Assembly (NCBI GenBank): GCA_964291465.2
Contig: OZ219935.1
Span: 8,229 to 72,228 of the forward strand
From: Dehalococcoidia bacterium
GTDB taxonomy: Bacteria; Chloroflexota; Dehalococcoidia; Lucifugimonadales; JAGWBF01
Length of the DNA stretch: 64,000 nt
Reading direction: 5' to 3'
Shown here: positions 1 to 9,754 of the stretch, piece after piece
Layout: each line of letters begins with the position of its first letter
Numbering within the stretch: the first letter of the stretch is position 1
Position numbers and translations under genes: made by a program
Notes under the pieces: model-generated
Seen by the model: only the letters and a program-made list of their open reading frames with translations
What the model was told of the DNA's origin: nothing
Databases searched by the model: none

Positions 1-69
1 GATGAGCAGCGAGCCCAGGACGGCCTCCTCGGCCTCCACGTCGTGGGGTAGGAGCTTCTCCTGGTACAT
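1..69 (-). CDS. dnaB: replicative DNA helicase DnaB, first 23 codons (gene runs off window start)
   Basis: Minus-strand ATG at 67-69, 4 nt after the rplI stop. It reads MYQEKLLPHDVEAEEAVLGSLLI, and PHxxEAExAVLG is the typical DnaB N-terminal motif. rplI-dnaB adjacency is common. Confidence 0.5.
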   Translation of the reverse strand, partial: MYQEKLLPHDVEAEEAVLGSLLI

Positions 70-73
70 CTCC

Positions 74-523
74 CTACTCTTCCGCCTCCGCGGTAACGAG
101 GATGGTAGCCTGGATGTTGGCGGCCAGATGGAGGACCACCTCGTACTCCCCAGGGGCGCGGATGGGCTCCACCGCGTCCACCAGCTTCCGGTCCACCTCC
201 CGGCCGATGACGTCGCCCAGCTCCTGGGCGATCTGGCCCGGGGTGATGGCCCCGTAGAACATGCCGGCAGGAGTCAGCCGCGCCCTTACGGTGATGGCGG
301 TCCCCTCGAGCTGGCCGGCCAGGACCTCCCACTGCTCGGTCTCCCTTATCCTGCGCTCGTCCCCCGCCCTCTTGATGCGCTCTATGCGCTTCATCTCCTC
401 GGGGGTGGCCACCATGGCCAGCTTCTTGGGCACCAGGTAGTTGCGGGCGTAGCCGTCGGCAACGTCCTTCACGTCGCCGGCGTTGGCCTGCTGGGGAACG
501 TCCTCGAGAAAGATAACCCTCAC
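74..523 (-). CDS. rplI: 50S ribosomal protein L9
   Basis: 149 aa with a GTG start. MRVIFLEDV...GDVKDVADGYARNYLVPKKLA is the conserved bL9 N-terminal domain. Confidence 0.9.
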   Translation of the reverse strand: MRVIFLEDVPQQANAGDVKDVADGYARNYLVPKKLAMVATPEEMKRIERIKRAGDERRIRETEQWEVLAGQLEGTAITVRARLTPAGMFYGAITPGQIAQELGDVIGREVDRKLVDAVEPIRAPGEYEVVLHLAANIQATILVTAEAEE

Positions 524-677
524 TGTGAATCTCCTTTAGCGGGCCCCTGTAGCGGGTCCCTGGTAAGCGGTCCCTGCACTCCGTTGCTTCCTGAAATTAT
601 ATCCGATGTTGGGGGAGGCCGGAAAGGACGCGGCGGCAGCCGCCGCCCATCCTCTACGGACCACCCAGGGCGCCGCG

Positions 678-2876
678 TCAAGCCCCGGCCAGGTCTGCCA
701 CGCGGACGTCGAGCAGCCCGTCTATGGAGAACCGGCCTCCCGGCGAGACCCTCCCCAGCTCCACCAGCGGCACCTCGGCCTCCTCCGCCATCCGTGCCAG
801 GAGGGCCGCTCGGTCCGGGGGCGTGGAAACGACGATGCGCGACTGGGACTCCCCGAACAGGGCGGCGTCCCATCGGCCGGAGACGGGAAACACGCCGTCG
901 AACCCCAGGCCCGAGGCGATGCAGCTCTCGGCCAGGGACACCGCCAGCCCGCCGTCGGAGCAGTCATGGGCCGAGGTGACCACGCCCTCCGCCACCGCGC
1001 GGCGGCATAGCTGTTGGACCCGGCTCTCCATCGCGAGGCTTATCTCCGGCTTTCCCGCCACGAGTCCGTGGACCGTCTCCAGGTACTCGCTGCCGGCCAG
1101 GTCCTCGGCGCGTCCCCGTACCTCGGCGCGGCCCAGCAGGAACACGGTCTCTCCCGGGACCCGGAAGCCGGAGGTAGCGTGCCTCGTCACGTCTTCCAGG
1201 AGTCCCAGGGCGCCCACGATGGGAGTGGGGTATATGGGCCGGCCCTGGGTCTCGTTGTAGAGGCTGACGTTGCCGCTGACCACCGGGACATCCAGCGCCC
1301 TGCACGCGGCGGCCATCCCCCTTATGCACCACTCGAGCTGGTAGTAGTTCTCCGGCACCTCGGGGCTGCCGAAGTTGAGGCAGTCGGTCAGGGCGATGGG
1401 CTCCGCGCCGGAGCACGAGAGGTTGCGGCACGCCTCTGCCACGGCGATGGCCCCTCCGGCATATGGGTCCAGGTAGCAGTAGCGGCCGTTGCCATCGGTG
1501 CACATGGCGATGCCCCTGCGGGTGCCCTTGATCCGCAGCACGGCGGCATCGGACCCGGGAGGCGTCACAGTGTTGGTCTGCACCTGGTGGTCGTACTGCC
1601 GGTACACGGCCTCCTTGCTCCCGATATTGGCCGTCCCCAGCAGCCTCAGCAGCACCTCTCCGGGACCCGCGTCGGGAAGGGGGACCTGGTCCAACGCATA
1701 GGCGGCCAGACGGTCCTGCTCCCCGGGCCTGGCGCCCCTGGGCCGGTAGGCGGGGGCTTCGGTGAGGACCTCCACGGGCAAGTGCGCCACGGCCTCATCC
1801 CCGTCCTCCACCGTGGCGTAGCCCGTCGCGTCCGCCGACCCTATCTCCACGCACGGCACCTCCCACCGGCGGAACACCTCCTCCAGGGCGGCCTTCTTGC
1901 CGGGGGTAGTCACCAGGAGCATCCTCTCCTGGGACTCGGAGAGCATCACCTCGTAGGGGTCCATGTCCGACTCCCGGCGGGGCACCCGGGACACGTCCAG
2001 CCGCAGCCCGGTCCCGGCGCGGGCCGCCGACTCCATGGCGGCGCTGGTCAGCCCGGCGGCCCCCAGGTCCTGCATTCCCTCCAGGCAGCCGGTGCGCCCG
2101 GCCTCCAGGCAGGCCTCTATGAGGACCTTCTCCAGGAAGGGGTTTCCGACCTGCACCGTGGAGCGCAGCTCCCGGTCCTCCTCGAAGGTCCGTGACGCCA
2201 GCCCCGAGGCGCCGTGGATGCCGTCCCGCCCCGTCTCCGCGCCCACCAGAAGGAGGACGTTGCCCGGCTCGCCCAACGAGGCGCTTACGAGCTGGTCCTT
2301 CCGCATCAGCCCGACGCACATGGCGTTGACCAGCGGGTTGTGGGAGTAGCAGTCGGCGAAGACCACCTCGCCGCCCACGTCGGGCACGCCGATGCAGTTT
2401 CCGTACCAGGAGATGCCGGCGACCACGCCCTCGAACAGATGCCTGTTGGCGGGGTCGTCCAGGGGGCCGAAGCGAAGGGAGTTGAGCAGGGCGATGGGCC
2501 GCGCCCCCATGGCCAGGATGTCTCTGACGATCCCGCCGACCCCCGTGGCGGCCCCCTGGAAGGGCTCCACGGCCGAGGGGTGGTTGTGGGACTCGATCTT
2601 GAACACCACGGCCAGCCCGTCGCCGATGTCCACGACTCCCGCGTTCTCCCGCCCGGGCGGAAGGAGCACCCTCCGGCCCTCCGACGGCAGCAGCCCCAGC
2701 AGCGGCCTGGAATGCTTGTACCCACAGTGCTCGCTCCAGAGCGCCCCGAACATGCCGAGCTCCACGGGTCGCGGCTCCCGGTCGAGGCGGTCGACTATCA
2801 GCCGGTACTCGTCTTCGCTGAGGGCGATCTCGTCAAGGACCTTCTTGTCCACACCACCACCGTTGCAATGGTCCAC
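678..2876 (-). CDS. purL: phosphoribosylformylglycinamidine synthase subunit PurL (FGAM synthase II)
   Basis: 732 aa. It carries the WSEHCGYKHS and ESHNHPS motifs and duplicated AIR-synthase-like halves, and purQ is adjacent. The exact start is uncertain (an internal GTG is possible). Confidence 0.93.
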   Translation of the reverse strand: MDHCNGGGVDKKVLDEIALSEDEYRLIVDRLDREPRPVELGMFGALWSEHCGYKHSRPLLGLLPSEGRRVLLPPGRENAGVVDIGDGLAVVFKIESHNHPSAVEPFQGAATGVGGIVRDILAMGARPIALLNSLRFGPLDDPANRHLFEGVVAGISWYGNCIGVPDVGGEVVFADCYSHNPLVNAMCVGLMRKDQLVSASLGEPGNVLLLVGAETGRDGIHGASGLASRTFEEDRELRSTVQVGNPFLEKVLIEACLEAGRTGCLEGMQDLGAAGLTSAAMESAARAGTGLRLDVSRVPRRESDMDPYEVMLSESQERMLLVTTPGKKAALEEVFRRWEVPCVEIGSADATGYATVEDGDEAVAHLPVEVLTEAPAYRPRGARPGEQDRLAAYALDQVPLPDAGPGEVLLRLLGTANIGSKEAVYRQYDHQVQTNTVTPPGSDAAVLRIKGTRRGIAMCTDGNGRYCYLDPYAGGAIAVAEACRNLSCSGAEPIALTDCLNFGSPEVPENYYQLEWCIRGMAAACRALDVPVVSGNVSLYNETQGRPIYPTPIVGALGLLEDVTRHATSGFRVPGETVFLLGRAEVRGRAEDLAGSEYLETVHGLVAGKPEISLAMESRVQQLCRRAVAEGVVTSAHDCSDGGLAVSLAESCIASGLGFDGVFPVSGRWDAALFGESQSRIVVSTPPDRAALLARMAEEAEVPLVELGRVSPGGRFSIDGLLDVRVADLAGA

Positions 2877-2909
2877 CGGGCCGCCGGGGTCTGGCGCCGC
2901 GCCGCGTGG

Positions 2910-3617
2910 TCAGCCGCTCTTCCGGGCCGCCCAGCCAACGGCCGACTCGAAGATGAGCCTGCCGTCGCACCCGCCCATGATCTCCTCGCAGCACCTCTCG
3001 GGATGGGGCATCATGCCCACGACGTTGCCCGCCGGGTTGGAGATACCCGCGATGTTGTTGGCCGAGCCGTTGGGGTTCGCCTCGGGGGCCGGGTCCCCGT
3101 CGGGCGAGGTGTAGCGGAACACGACCCGGCCCTCGCCCTCCAGGCGTGACAACGTGTCCTCGTCGGCGAAGTAGTTGCCCTCCCCATGGGAGATGGGCAC
3201 CTTCAGCACCTGGCCCGGGGTGCATGTCCGGGTGAAGGCCGTATCGGTGCGCTCGACCCTGAGGTTGGTCCACTGGCAGCGGTACTGGAGATGGCTGTTT
3301 CGCATGAGCACGCCGGGCAGCAAGCCGGCCTCGCAGAGGACCTGGAAGCCGTTGCAGATGCCGATTACGGGACGGCCCGAGGCCGCAAAGTCCGCCACGG
3401 AGCCCATTATCGGGGAGAAGCGGGCGATGGCCCCGGCCCGCAGATAGTCGCCGTAGGAGAAGCCGCCGGGGAGGACGATACCGTCATACTCAGCGGTGAG
3501 ATCGGGACTGTCCCGGTACCACAGGTAGTCCGCGGTGTGGCCCAGAAGGGTATCGATAACGTGATGGCAATCGCCGTCGCTCCACGTGCCGGGGAACACC
3601 ACGATGCCGAAGCGCAT
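2910..3617 (-). CDS. purQ: phosphoribosylformylglycinamidine synthase subunit PurQ (glutaminase)
   Basis: 235 aa. MRFGIVVFPG..., GICNGFQ (nucleophile Cys) and MMPHPER are class-I amidotransferase triad motifs. Confidence 0.93.
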   Translation of the reverse strand: MRFGIVVFPGTWSDGDCHHVIDTLLGHTADYLWYRDSPDLTAEYDGIVLPGGFSYGDYLRAGAIARFSPIMGSVADFAASGRPVIGICNGFQVLCEAGLLPGVLMRNSHLQYRCQWTNLRVERTDTAFTRTCTPGQVLKVPISHGEGNYFADEDTLSRLEGEGRVVFRYTSPDGDPAPEANPNGSANNIAGISNPAGNVVGMMPHPERCCEEIMGGCDGRLIFESAVGWAARKSG

Positions 3618-3678
3618 TCACATCTTCTCCCGGCAATCGGAGGGGGCCAAGGGGCCCCACGAGCGGTGTGGCGTAAGG

Positions 3679-3861
3679 TTAGCTGTTGCGCCTGCTCTTG
3701 CGGCGTTTGGCGGCGGCCTTCTTCTTGCGCCTGATGCTGGGCGACTCGAAGTGGGCCCGGCGCCTGATCTCCGAAAGGATGCCGTCTTGCTGCACCCTCT
3801 TGTTGAACCTTCTCAGAAGGCTCTCAAAGGTCTCGCCTTCTGCGAGCCGTACGTCGGACAA
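3679..3861 (-). CDS. rpsU: 30S ribosomal protein S21
   Basis: 60 aa and very basic. ESLLRRFNKRVQQDGILSEIRRRAHFESPSIRRKKK matches the bS21 pattern. Confidence 0.88.
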   Translation of the reverse strand: MSDVRLAEGETFESLLRRFNKRVQQDGILSEIRRRAHFESPSIRRKKKAAAKRRKSRRNS

Positions 3862-4164
3862 AGGGGCCTCTCCTCCCTATGGACGGGCCGTCTGTCGCTC
3901 TCCTGACAACCCAAGGGTATTATATGTCGGCCCCCTGGGGGTGTCAACCGGAGCAGCCACAGCCGACCCCGGTCCCCACCTCGTAGCTCATTCCCTCTTC
4001 GGCAAGCCAGTCCGACCTGGCTGACCCATCGTCGGCAAGTATGAGCACCTGGTACGTTTCTCTCCCCTTGTGCCGGGTTTCGTTCTGCAAGAGGGACCCG
4101 CCAGAGCGCACTCTGTCCCGGACTCTAGCTATAATGACTAGCTCAGGAGGGCCTCTCTTCAAAC

Positions 4165-5439
4165 GTGCCTATGAGACCGATCATTCCGGCCGGGATGGTT
4201 TACGCGGTATCCCCAACCGCCGCGGTGATCATGGGCGACTCTCTGATGTACGTCGTGCTGCCTGTCGCGGCAGTCGATTTTGGGGTCCATGCGCAATTCG
4301 GACTTAGCGCGGCGTTCTGGATTGGGCTTGCGCTCAGCATCAATCGCTTTGTCCGCCTGGTCAGCAATGCCCTCGCTGCATCCGTGTATCAGCAGTTTGG
4401 CGTACGCTGGCCCTTCGTTGTCTCCATTGCCGTAGGCGCTCTGAGCACACTTGCATACGGCTTCGGCAGTGGTCTGGTGTCACTGATGGTCGCCCGGGCC
4501 GCCTGGGGCGTGTCCTTCTCCCATATGCGATTGGCTGCACTACTGACGGCGTTCGAAGTTGGTACGTCCTCGATGCGAGGCAGGCTGGTTGGATTCTACA
4601 ATTCAGGTCAGCGCCTCGGCAGCCTTGTCGCAGTCACCGGGGGCGCTCTGCTGTTCCAACTCACGTCGAGGGAGGCAACCTTCGCAGCTCTGGCGGGCTT
4701 CGGGCTGGTTGGAATGCTGATCGCCACTCGAGTTCCCAACCTCAAACCGGAGCGCATACGACCATCCGGTGGAGGCCTGCGGAGCCGACTGAACCTCTGG
4801 GACCTCGCGGTATCCAGACTGCCCGAATCTGGGAGCGGGCTAAGGCTTCCCCTCCTCGCGATCAGCTTGATGCGGTTTGCAACAACGTTCGCGGCAAATG
4901 GCCTTGCCATTGCGACCGTGGCGCCATACCTGGCCGAATTCGCTGACGACAACGGAAAGGTACTGGGAGGGTCGCTTGCCGTCGTGACGCTCGCCGGTTT
5001 GCTGGTCGGGTTCAGGTGGTTTTCAGATCTTGGACTTGGCGTGCCGCTGGGCCACCTGTCGGACCGGATTGGCAGGCGTACGTCCATCGGCTATGGAATG
5101 ATCGCAATCTTCGCTGTGCTGGCCTTTATGGGCGCCCTCGACTCCCTGGCAGGCGCCATTGTCGGGATACCGCTTCTGTTCCTTGCAGGGGTTGGTGTGA
5201 ACACGGCGCTGGATGCGGCCATTGGCGAGACATCGCCCGGTTCAGCCCGCGCCGCTGTAGTAGGCAGATACTCAACCTGGCAGGATATGGGTTCGGCATT
5301 GGGCCCGTTTACGGGATTCCTCATCGCTGACAGGATTGGTTTCCAGGGAGGGTTCCTGGTCGCAGCCGCACTTGTGGCGGGCGCCTGGACGCTATACATG
5401 GTCGTCACAGGCAACCCGTTCCCACGAAGGGCGGGATAG
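4165..5439 (+). CDS. MFS-type transporter, substrate unknown
   Basis: 424 aa with about 12 hydrophobic helices in two halves. An alternative ATG lies at 4171. Confidence 0.7.
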   Translation: MPMRPIIPAGMVYAVSPTAAVIMGDSLMYVVLPVAAVDFGVHAQFGLSAAFWIGLALSINRFVRLVSNALAASVYQQFGVRWPFVVSIAVGALSTLAYGFGSGLVSLMVARAAWGVSFSHMRLAALLTAFEVGTSSMRGRLVGFYNSGQRLGSLVAVTGGALLFQLTSREATFAALAGFGLVGMLIATRVPNLKPERIRPSGGGLRSRLNLWDLAVSRLPESGSGLRLPLLAISLMRFATTFAANGLAIATVAPYLAEFADDNGKVLGGSLAVVTLAGLLVGFRWFSDLGLGVPLGHLSDRIGRRTSIGYGMIAIFAVLAFMGALDSLAGAIVGIPLLFLAGVGVNTALDAAIGETSPGSARAAVVGRYSTWQDMGSALGPFTGFLIADRIGFQGGFLVAAALVAGAWTLYMVVTGNPFPRRAG

Positions 5440-5706
5440 GCGAACCCGATGCATACGCTCCAAGGCGCCCGCGTCTGTGCTACCGTATGCTGGAAACCAA
5501 CAGGAACCAGATAGAGCGAAGGCTAAGGCGTGAGGGATGGTACCTGCATCGTCACGTTCAAGGCCCTGCACGTCGCAGGCAGGCCCGGGATTGACTGTCC
5601 ACATGCCCTGCGATATGATGGCTGGTGCGTCGGCGGGCCCGTAGCCACGCCTGTACAGGTGGACTCATTCAGGACGTCTCGCCGCATTCTATGGAGGAAT
5701 AAGAGC

Positions 5707-6501
5707 ATGAGCACACGCACGCTACCTGGGAATCCCGCCGAGGTCAGGAACATGATCGAGACCGGGGAGTGGAGGGGCGTCACCGCCGGCGTTGCCCCCG
5801 GCTTCGTACAGGCCAACCTGGCGATCCTGCCCAAGGAGCAGGCCTTCGACTTCCTTCTCTTCTGCCAGCGCAACCCCAAGCCGTGCCCCGTCTTGGAGGT
5901 CATAGAGCCCGGTAAGGTGGAGCCCAAGATCATGGCCCCGGGAGCGGACATCCGCACGACCATCCCCAAGTACCGGGTCTACAACAACGGCGAGGCCGCG
6001 GGGGACGAGGACGACGTCCGGTCCGTCTGGCGGGACGACCTGGTGTCCTTCCTGCTGGGGTGCAGCTTCTCCTTCGAGAACGCGATGGTCAACGCCGGGA
6101 TCCCCCTCCGCCACATCGAGCGCCAGCACAACGTGTCCATGTTCAGGACCAACATCGAGACCACCCCGGCCGGCCCCTTCTCGGGCCCCATGGTCGTCAG
6201 CATGCGCCCGGTCCACCACAGCCAGGTGGTCCGCGCCGTGCAGGTGACCTCCCGGTTCCCGGCCACCCACGGGGCCCCGGTGCACGTGGGAGACCCCGAG
6301 GCGATAGGCATAGAGGACATCACCAAGCCCGACTACGGCGACCCCACGGAGATCAGGGAAGACGAGGTGCCCATCTTCTGGGCATGCGGGGTCACCCCCC
6401 AGGCGGTGGCGGCCAAGAGCAAGCCCCCCTTCATGATCACCCACTCCCCGGGCTACATGTTCATCACCGACTGGCGGGACGAGGACATGGCCGTCCTGTA
6501 G
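5707..6501 (+). CDS. DUF1445 family putative hydro-lyase (D-glutamate cyclase-like)
   Basis: An in-frame ATG at 5707 sits inside track ORF 5530-6501. [46 protein letters not shown] is the DUF1445/UPF0317 signature. Confidence 0.72.
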   Translation: MSTRTLPGNPAEVRNMIETGEWRGVTAGVAPGFVQANLAILPKEQAFDFLLFCQRNPKPCPVLEVIEPGKVEPKIMAPGADIRTTIPKYRVYNNGEAAGDEDDVRSVWRDDLVSFLLGCSFSFENAMVNAGIPLRHIERQHNVSMFRTNIETTPAGPFSGPMVVSMRPVHHSQVVRAVQVTSRFPATHGAPVHVGDPEAIGIEDITKPDYGDPTEIREDEVPIFWACGVTPQAVAAKSKPPFMITHSPGYMFITDWRDEDMAVL

Positions 6502-6521
6502 CCCCCGACCGAGGAGGCGCT

Positions 6522-7376
6522 ATGACGACCATCGAGGACATCGTCCTGGGAAACGACCTGCGGGGCGTTTCCCACCTGAGACAGCACCTGCCGCCGGACT
6601 TCTGCCGCCAGGCCGCGGAGCTGGTGCTGGCCAACCCCGGCACCGTGTTCATCGCCACCGGGTTCTACATCCGCGCGGCCGACGCTCCCGAGTCCGACGG
6701 CCCTCCCGGCGCCATCGCCATAGGCAGGGCCCTGGCGTCCCTGGGCTGGAGGGTCGTCCACGTTACCGACAGGTACACGGTGCCCATCATCAAGCCCTTC
6801 GTCACCTCCGACACGGAGGTGATCGACTTCCCTATAACCGATGACGAGAGCAGCCGTCGCTTCGCCTCCAGGCTTCTGACCGAGCACGACCCCTCGGTGC
6901 TGATCGCCATCGAACGGTGCGGGCTCAACGAGAACGGCATGTACCTGAACATGCGAGGCCTGGACATCACCCCGCAAACGGCCCGCACGGACCACCTCTT
7001 CCTCCAGCACTCCCGGACGGTGGGAATCGGCGACGGGGGCAACGAGATCGGAATGGGCAACGTGGCCGAGTTCGTACCCCAGGTGGGCACCCTGGTGGAC
7101 TATCCCGCCCTCACCAAGACCACCCGGCTGGTGATAGCCAGCACCTCCAACTGGGGAGGCTACGGCCTCGTGGCGGCCATCTCCCGGGAGGTGGGCCGCA
7201 ACCTCCTGCCGGACCCCGACGAGGAGACGGAGCTGATAACCCGCATGGTCGACCTGGGAGCCGTGGACGGGGTCGTAGGGAAGAGCCAGTACGCCGTGGA
7301 CGCCATGGACCTGGACACCCACGGGCAGGCGCTGGTGAGCCTTCGCGCCCTGCTGGACTCCGAGGGCGTGAGCTAA
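6522..7376 (+). CDS. DUF4392 domain protein (D-glutamate cyclase-like partner)
   Basis: ATG at 6522 preceded by GAGGAGG (6511-6517). The ESDGPPGA and GIGDGGNEIGMGN motifs are typical of DUF4392. The N-terminal part of track ORF 6060-7376 overlaps the previous gene and is an artefact. Confidence 0.6.
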   Translation: MTTIEDIVLGNDLRGVSHLRQHLPPDFCRQAAELVLANPGTVFIATGFYIRAADAPESDGPPGAIAIGRALASLGWRVVHVTDRYTVPIIKPFVTSDTEVIDFPITDDESSRRFASRLLTEHDPSVLIAIERCGLNENGMYLNMRGLDITPQTARTDHLFLQHSRTVGIGDGGNEIGMGNVAEFVPQVGTLVDYPALTKTTRLVIASTSNWGGYGLVAAISREVGRNLLPDPDEETELITRMVDLGAVDGVVGKSQYAVDAMDLDTHGQALVSLRALLDSEGVS

Positions 7377-7409
7377 CCCAGGGCGGCCAGACTGGTCCGG
7401 CACGGGGGG

Positions 7410-8285
7410 TCAGGGGGCCTGGGAACCCTCCAGGGGCAGCACCAGCGAGGAGACGTCCAGCTCTCCTAGCCCGTCGGACATGGCCCGCTCCACCACCTGC
7501 AGCGTCCGCTCGCCCAGGGGGCTGCTGGCATTCAGGTCCCGGGCGTACTCCTGGGCCAGCCCCAGGTCCTTCACGAACAGCCTGAGGGGCGCGCGGGCAT
7601 CCTCGAAGTCCCGCCTGGCTATGACCGGGCCGTTGCGGGAGAGCATGAAGCTGGCGCCCCAGCTAGTGGCCAGCACCTCCTGCAGGGCCTCCAGGTCCAC
7701 GCCGGCCCGGCCACCCAGCAGCATCGCCTCGGCGGCGGCCAGGGAGTGAACGCTCACCAGAAGCTGGTTGATGAGCTTGAAGACGCTGCCCGCGCCGGCG
7801 CCGCCGACACGTCGGACGTTGCCCCCATAGGCGCGGAACACGGAGAGGGCCATATCGAAGGCGTCTGGGGCCCCTCCCGCCATTATGGTAAGGGTCCCTT
7901 CGGCGGCCCGCTCGACGCCCCCGCTGATGGGCGCGTCCAGGAAGGACGCTCCCCTGGCCTCCGCCGCCTCCGCTATGGCCCGGGAAGTCGACGGGCCCAC
8001 GGTGCTGTGGTCGACCAGCACCTGGCCTGGTCGGGCGACGGAGACGATGCCGTCCTTGCCCAGGAACACGTCCTCCACGGTGGATACGTCGGGTAGGCAG
8101 GTCAGGACGACGGTCGAGGTGCGGGCAACCTCCGCCGCCGAGGAGGCCCCCACCGCCCCCTCGCCGGCTAGCTCGTCGACCTTTGGGCGGCTGCGGTTGT
8201 GGACCGTGAGGTGGAAGCCGGCTTCCAGCAGGCGGCGGGACATGGGCATGCCCATCCGCCCCAGCCCTATGAAGCCGACCTTCAT
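7410..8285 (-). CDS. NAD(P)-dependent beta-hydroxyacid dehydrogenase (3-hydroxyisobutyrate dehydrogenase family)
   Basis: 291 aa. It has an MKVGFIGLGRMGMPM Rossmann motif, plus DAPISGG and the family-typical C-terminal helical domain. Confidence 0.85.
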   Translation of the reverse strand: MKVGFIGLGRMGMPMSRRLLEAGFHLTVHNRSRPKVDELAGEGAVGASSAAEVARTSTVVLTCLPDVSTVEDVFLGKDGIVSVARPGQVLVDHSTVGPSTSRAIAEAAEARGASFLDAPISGGVERAAEGTLTIMAGGAPDAFDMALSVFRAYGGNVRRVGGAGAGSVFKLINQLLVSVHSLAAAEAMLLGGRAGVDLEALQEVLATSWGASFMLSRNGPVIARRDFEDARAPLRLFVKDLGLAQEYARDLNASSPLGERTLQVVERAMSDGLGELDVSSLVLPLEGSQAP

Positions 8286-8318
8286 CGTCTCATTCCTTAA
8301 GGCGGGTCAGCCGGCGTC

Positions 8319-8516
8319 CTATCCCAGGTAGGCCCCGGGCTGGGCCATGAACTTGCTGCGGCACTCCAGGCTGCAGAAGTAATACCACTTGCCGTCGTGG
8401 AACTGGCGGGTCCCCCGCTGGGGGTCCACCTCCGTCGCACCATACCTCGTCTGACCGGTCTCCACCCTGGCGGCCGCTTCGTCCATCTCCTTGCCGCAAA
8501 CGGGGTCCATTGCCAT
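8319..8516 (-). CDS. YHS/TRASH domain protein
   Basis: 65 aa. The DPVCGKEM...GKWYYFCSLECRSKF pattern is typical of the YHS domain. Confidence 0.7.
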   Translation of the reverse strand: MAMDPVCGKEMDEAAARVETGQTRYGATEVDPQRGTRQFHDGKWYYFCSLECRSKFMAQPGAYLG

Positions 8517-8563
8517 CGTCCATACCTCGGTCTTGGAGCTGCCGGCATCCCGGCCGCCCGCAA

Positions 8564-9721
8564 CTAGCTACCCAGGCGCACCTTGCCCGGCGCGTCCAGC
8601 AACGCCCGGGCCAGCCGGGCCCGGTGCTCGAAGCTGGTGCCCATCCTCATGGTCCAGGCGGAGACCCTGCGGAACCACAGGTGCAAATCGAACTCCATCA
8701 TGAAGCCTATGCCGCCGTGGATGACCTGGGAGGACCGCACCGCCGCCTCGCACCTGTCGTTGCAGAAGGCCTTGGCCTGGGACACCTCGACGCCTGCCGG
8801 CAGGCCCTGGTCCATTCGCCACAGGGCCTCGTAGGTCAGGAGCTGCCCTCCGTCCACCCACACCACCATGTCGGCGCACAGGTGCTGGATGGACTGAAAG
8901 GCGCCTATCGGCCTGCCGAAGGCGACCCGCTGCTTGGCGTACTCCACGGCCATCTCCACGTCTTTCCTGGCGGCGCCCACCATCTGGGCGCACAGGAGGG
9001 CCGTCCCCCGGTCGAGCATCCTCTCGGCAACGGGCCATCCCTGGCCGAGCTCCCCTACCATGTTCGACCGGGGCACCCGCACCCGGTCGAAGGTCACCTT
9101 GCTCTGCCGGTCCTTGGCAAGGGTCACCAGCGGCACGTGGGACACTCCCGGGCTGTCGGTGTCCACCAGGAACAGGGTGATGCCCTCGCCGCTTTCCGAA
9201 GGCGGAGCCGTGCGGCAGGCCACCAGGCACTTCTCCGACGCCCCGAAGGAGTCCACGAAGGTCTTGGTCCCGCTCAGGAGGAAGTAGTCGCCCTCCTCCA
9301 CCGCCTCCATCCGGACCGACTCGGGGCGGTAGCGTGCGTCGCGCTCCGTGAAGGCCCAGCTCATCACCAGGTCGCCGCTGCAGACCCTGGGCAGCACCTC
9401 CCGGCGCTGCTCCTCGGTGCCGTCGGAGGCCACGGTAAGGGCCGGGACCATGGTGCTGTGGAAGGGGACCGGCGAGATGGCCCGCCCCACCTCCTCCAGG
9501 ACTATCCCCAGGTAGGTTAGGGTGGCGCCCTGCCCTCCGTACTCTTCGGGGATGGCCAGGCCCAGCCAGCCCAGCTCTCCCATCTGCTTCCACAGGGCGG
9601 GCGGGTAGCCCAGCTCGTCCCGCTCCATCTCCCGCGCCAGGCTCGGAGGCGACTCGGCCTCCAGGAACTCCCTGGCGCTGTTCTTGAGCATTTGCTCTTC
9701 TTCGTTCGGCAGTACGTCCAT
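8564..9721 (-). CDS. acyl-CoA dehydrogenase family protein
   Basis: 385 aa with three-domain ACAD architecture recognisable (MSWAFTE, GxGW, IHGGIGF...). Confidence 0.88.
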   Translation of the reverse strand: MDVLPNEEEQMLKNSAREFLEAESPPSLAREMERDELGYPPALWKQMGELGWLGLAIPEEYGGQGATLTYLGIVLEEVGRAISPVPFHSTMVPALTVASDGTEEQRREVLPRVCSGDLVMSWAFTERDARYRPESVRMEAVEEGDYFLLSGTKTFVDSFGASEKCLVACRTAPPSESGEGITLFLVDTDSPGVSHVPLVTLAKDRQSKVTFDRVRVPRSNMVGELGQGWPVAERMLDRGTALLCAQMVGAARKDVEMAVEYAKQRVAFGRPIGAFQSIQHLCADMVVWVDGGQLLTYEALWRMDQGLPAGVEVSQAKAFCNDRCEAAVRSSQVIHGGIGFMMEFDLHLWFRRVSAWTMRMGTSFEHRARLARALLDAPGKVRLGS

Positions 9722-9754
9722 GTCTTCGCCGTGGCCGCCCGCGGGCGCCGGCCG

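Noticed and set aside
2-979. 325-aa + strand ORF, and many similar long ORFs in the track (for example 1014-2195, 9692-11164, 11094-13355, 17438-19516, 39842-41467, 46293-48386, 52970-54526, 57543-59186 and 60619-62832).
   Set aside because: They are Arg/Pro/Gly-rich and low-complexity. They lie antisense to, or in alternate frames of, genes with unmistakable family motifs. This is the typical open-frame artefact of ~70% GC DNA.
3618-3678. Expected purS next to purQ-purL.
   Set aside because: No small ORF with PurS features lies between purQ and rpsU, so it is presumably encoded elsewhere.
3944-4162. 72-aa minus-strand ORF ending ...YEVGTGVGCGCSG; considered as a RiPP-like precursor or small metal-binding protein.
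   Set aside because: It has no RBS, no neighbouring maturation genes and no recognisable motif. It lies in the rpsU/MFS intergenic region, so it is most likely non-coding. A TATAAT at 4127-4132 may belong to the MFS promoter.
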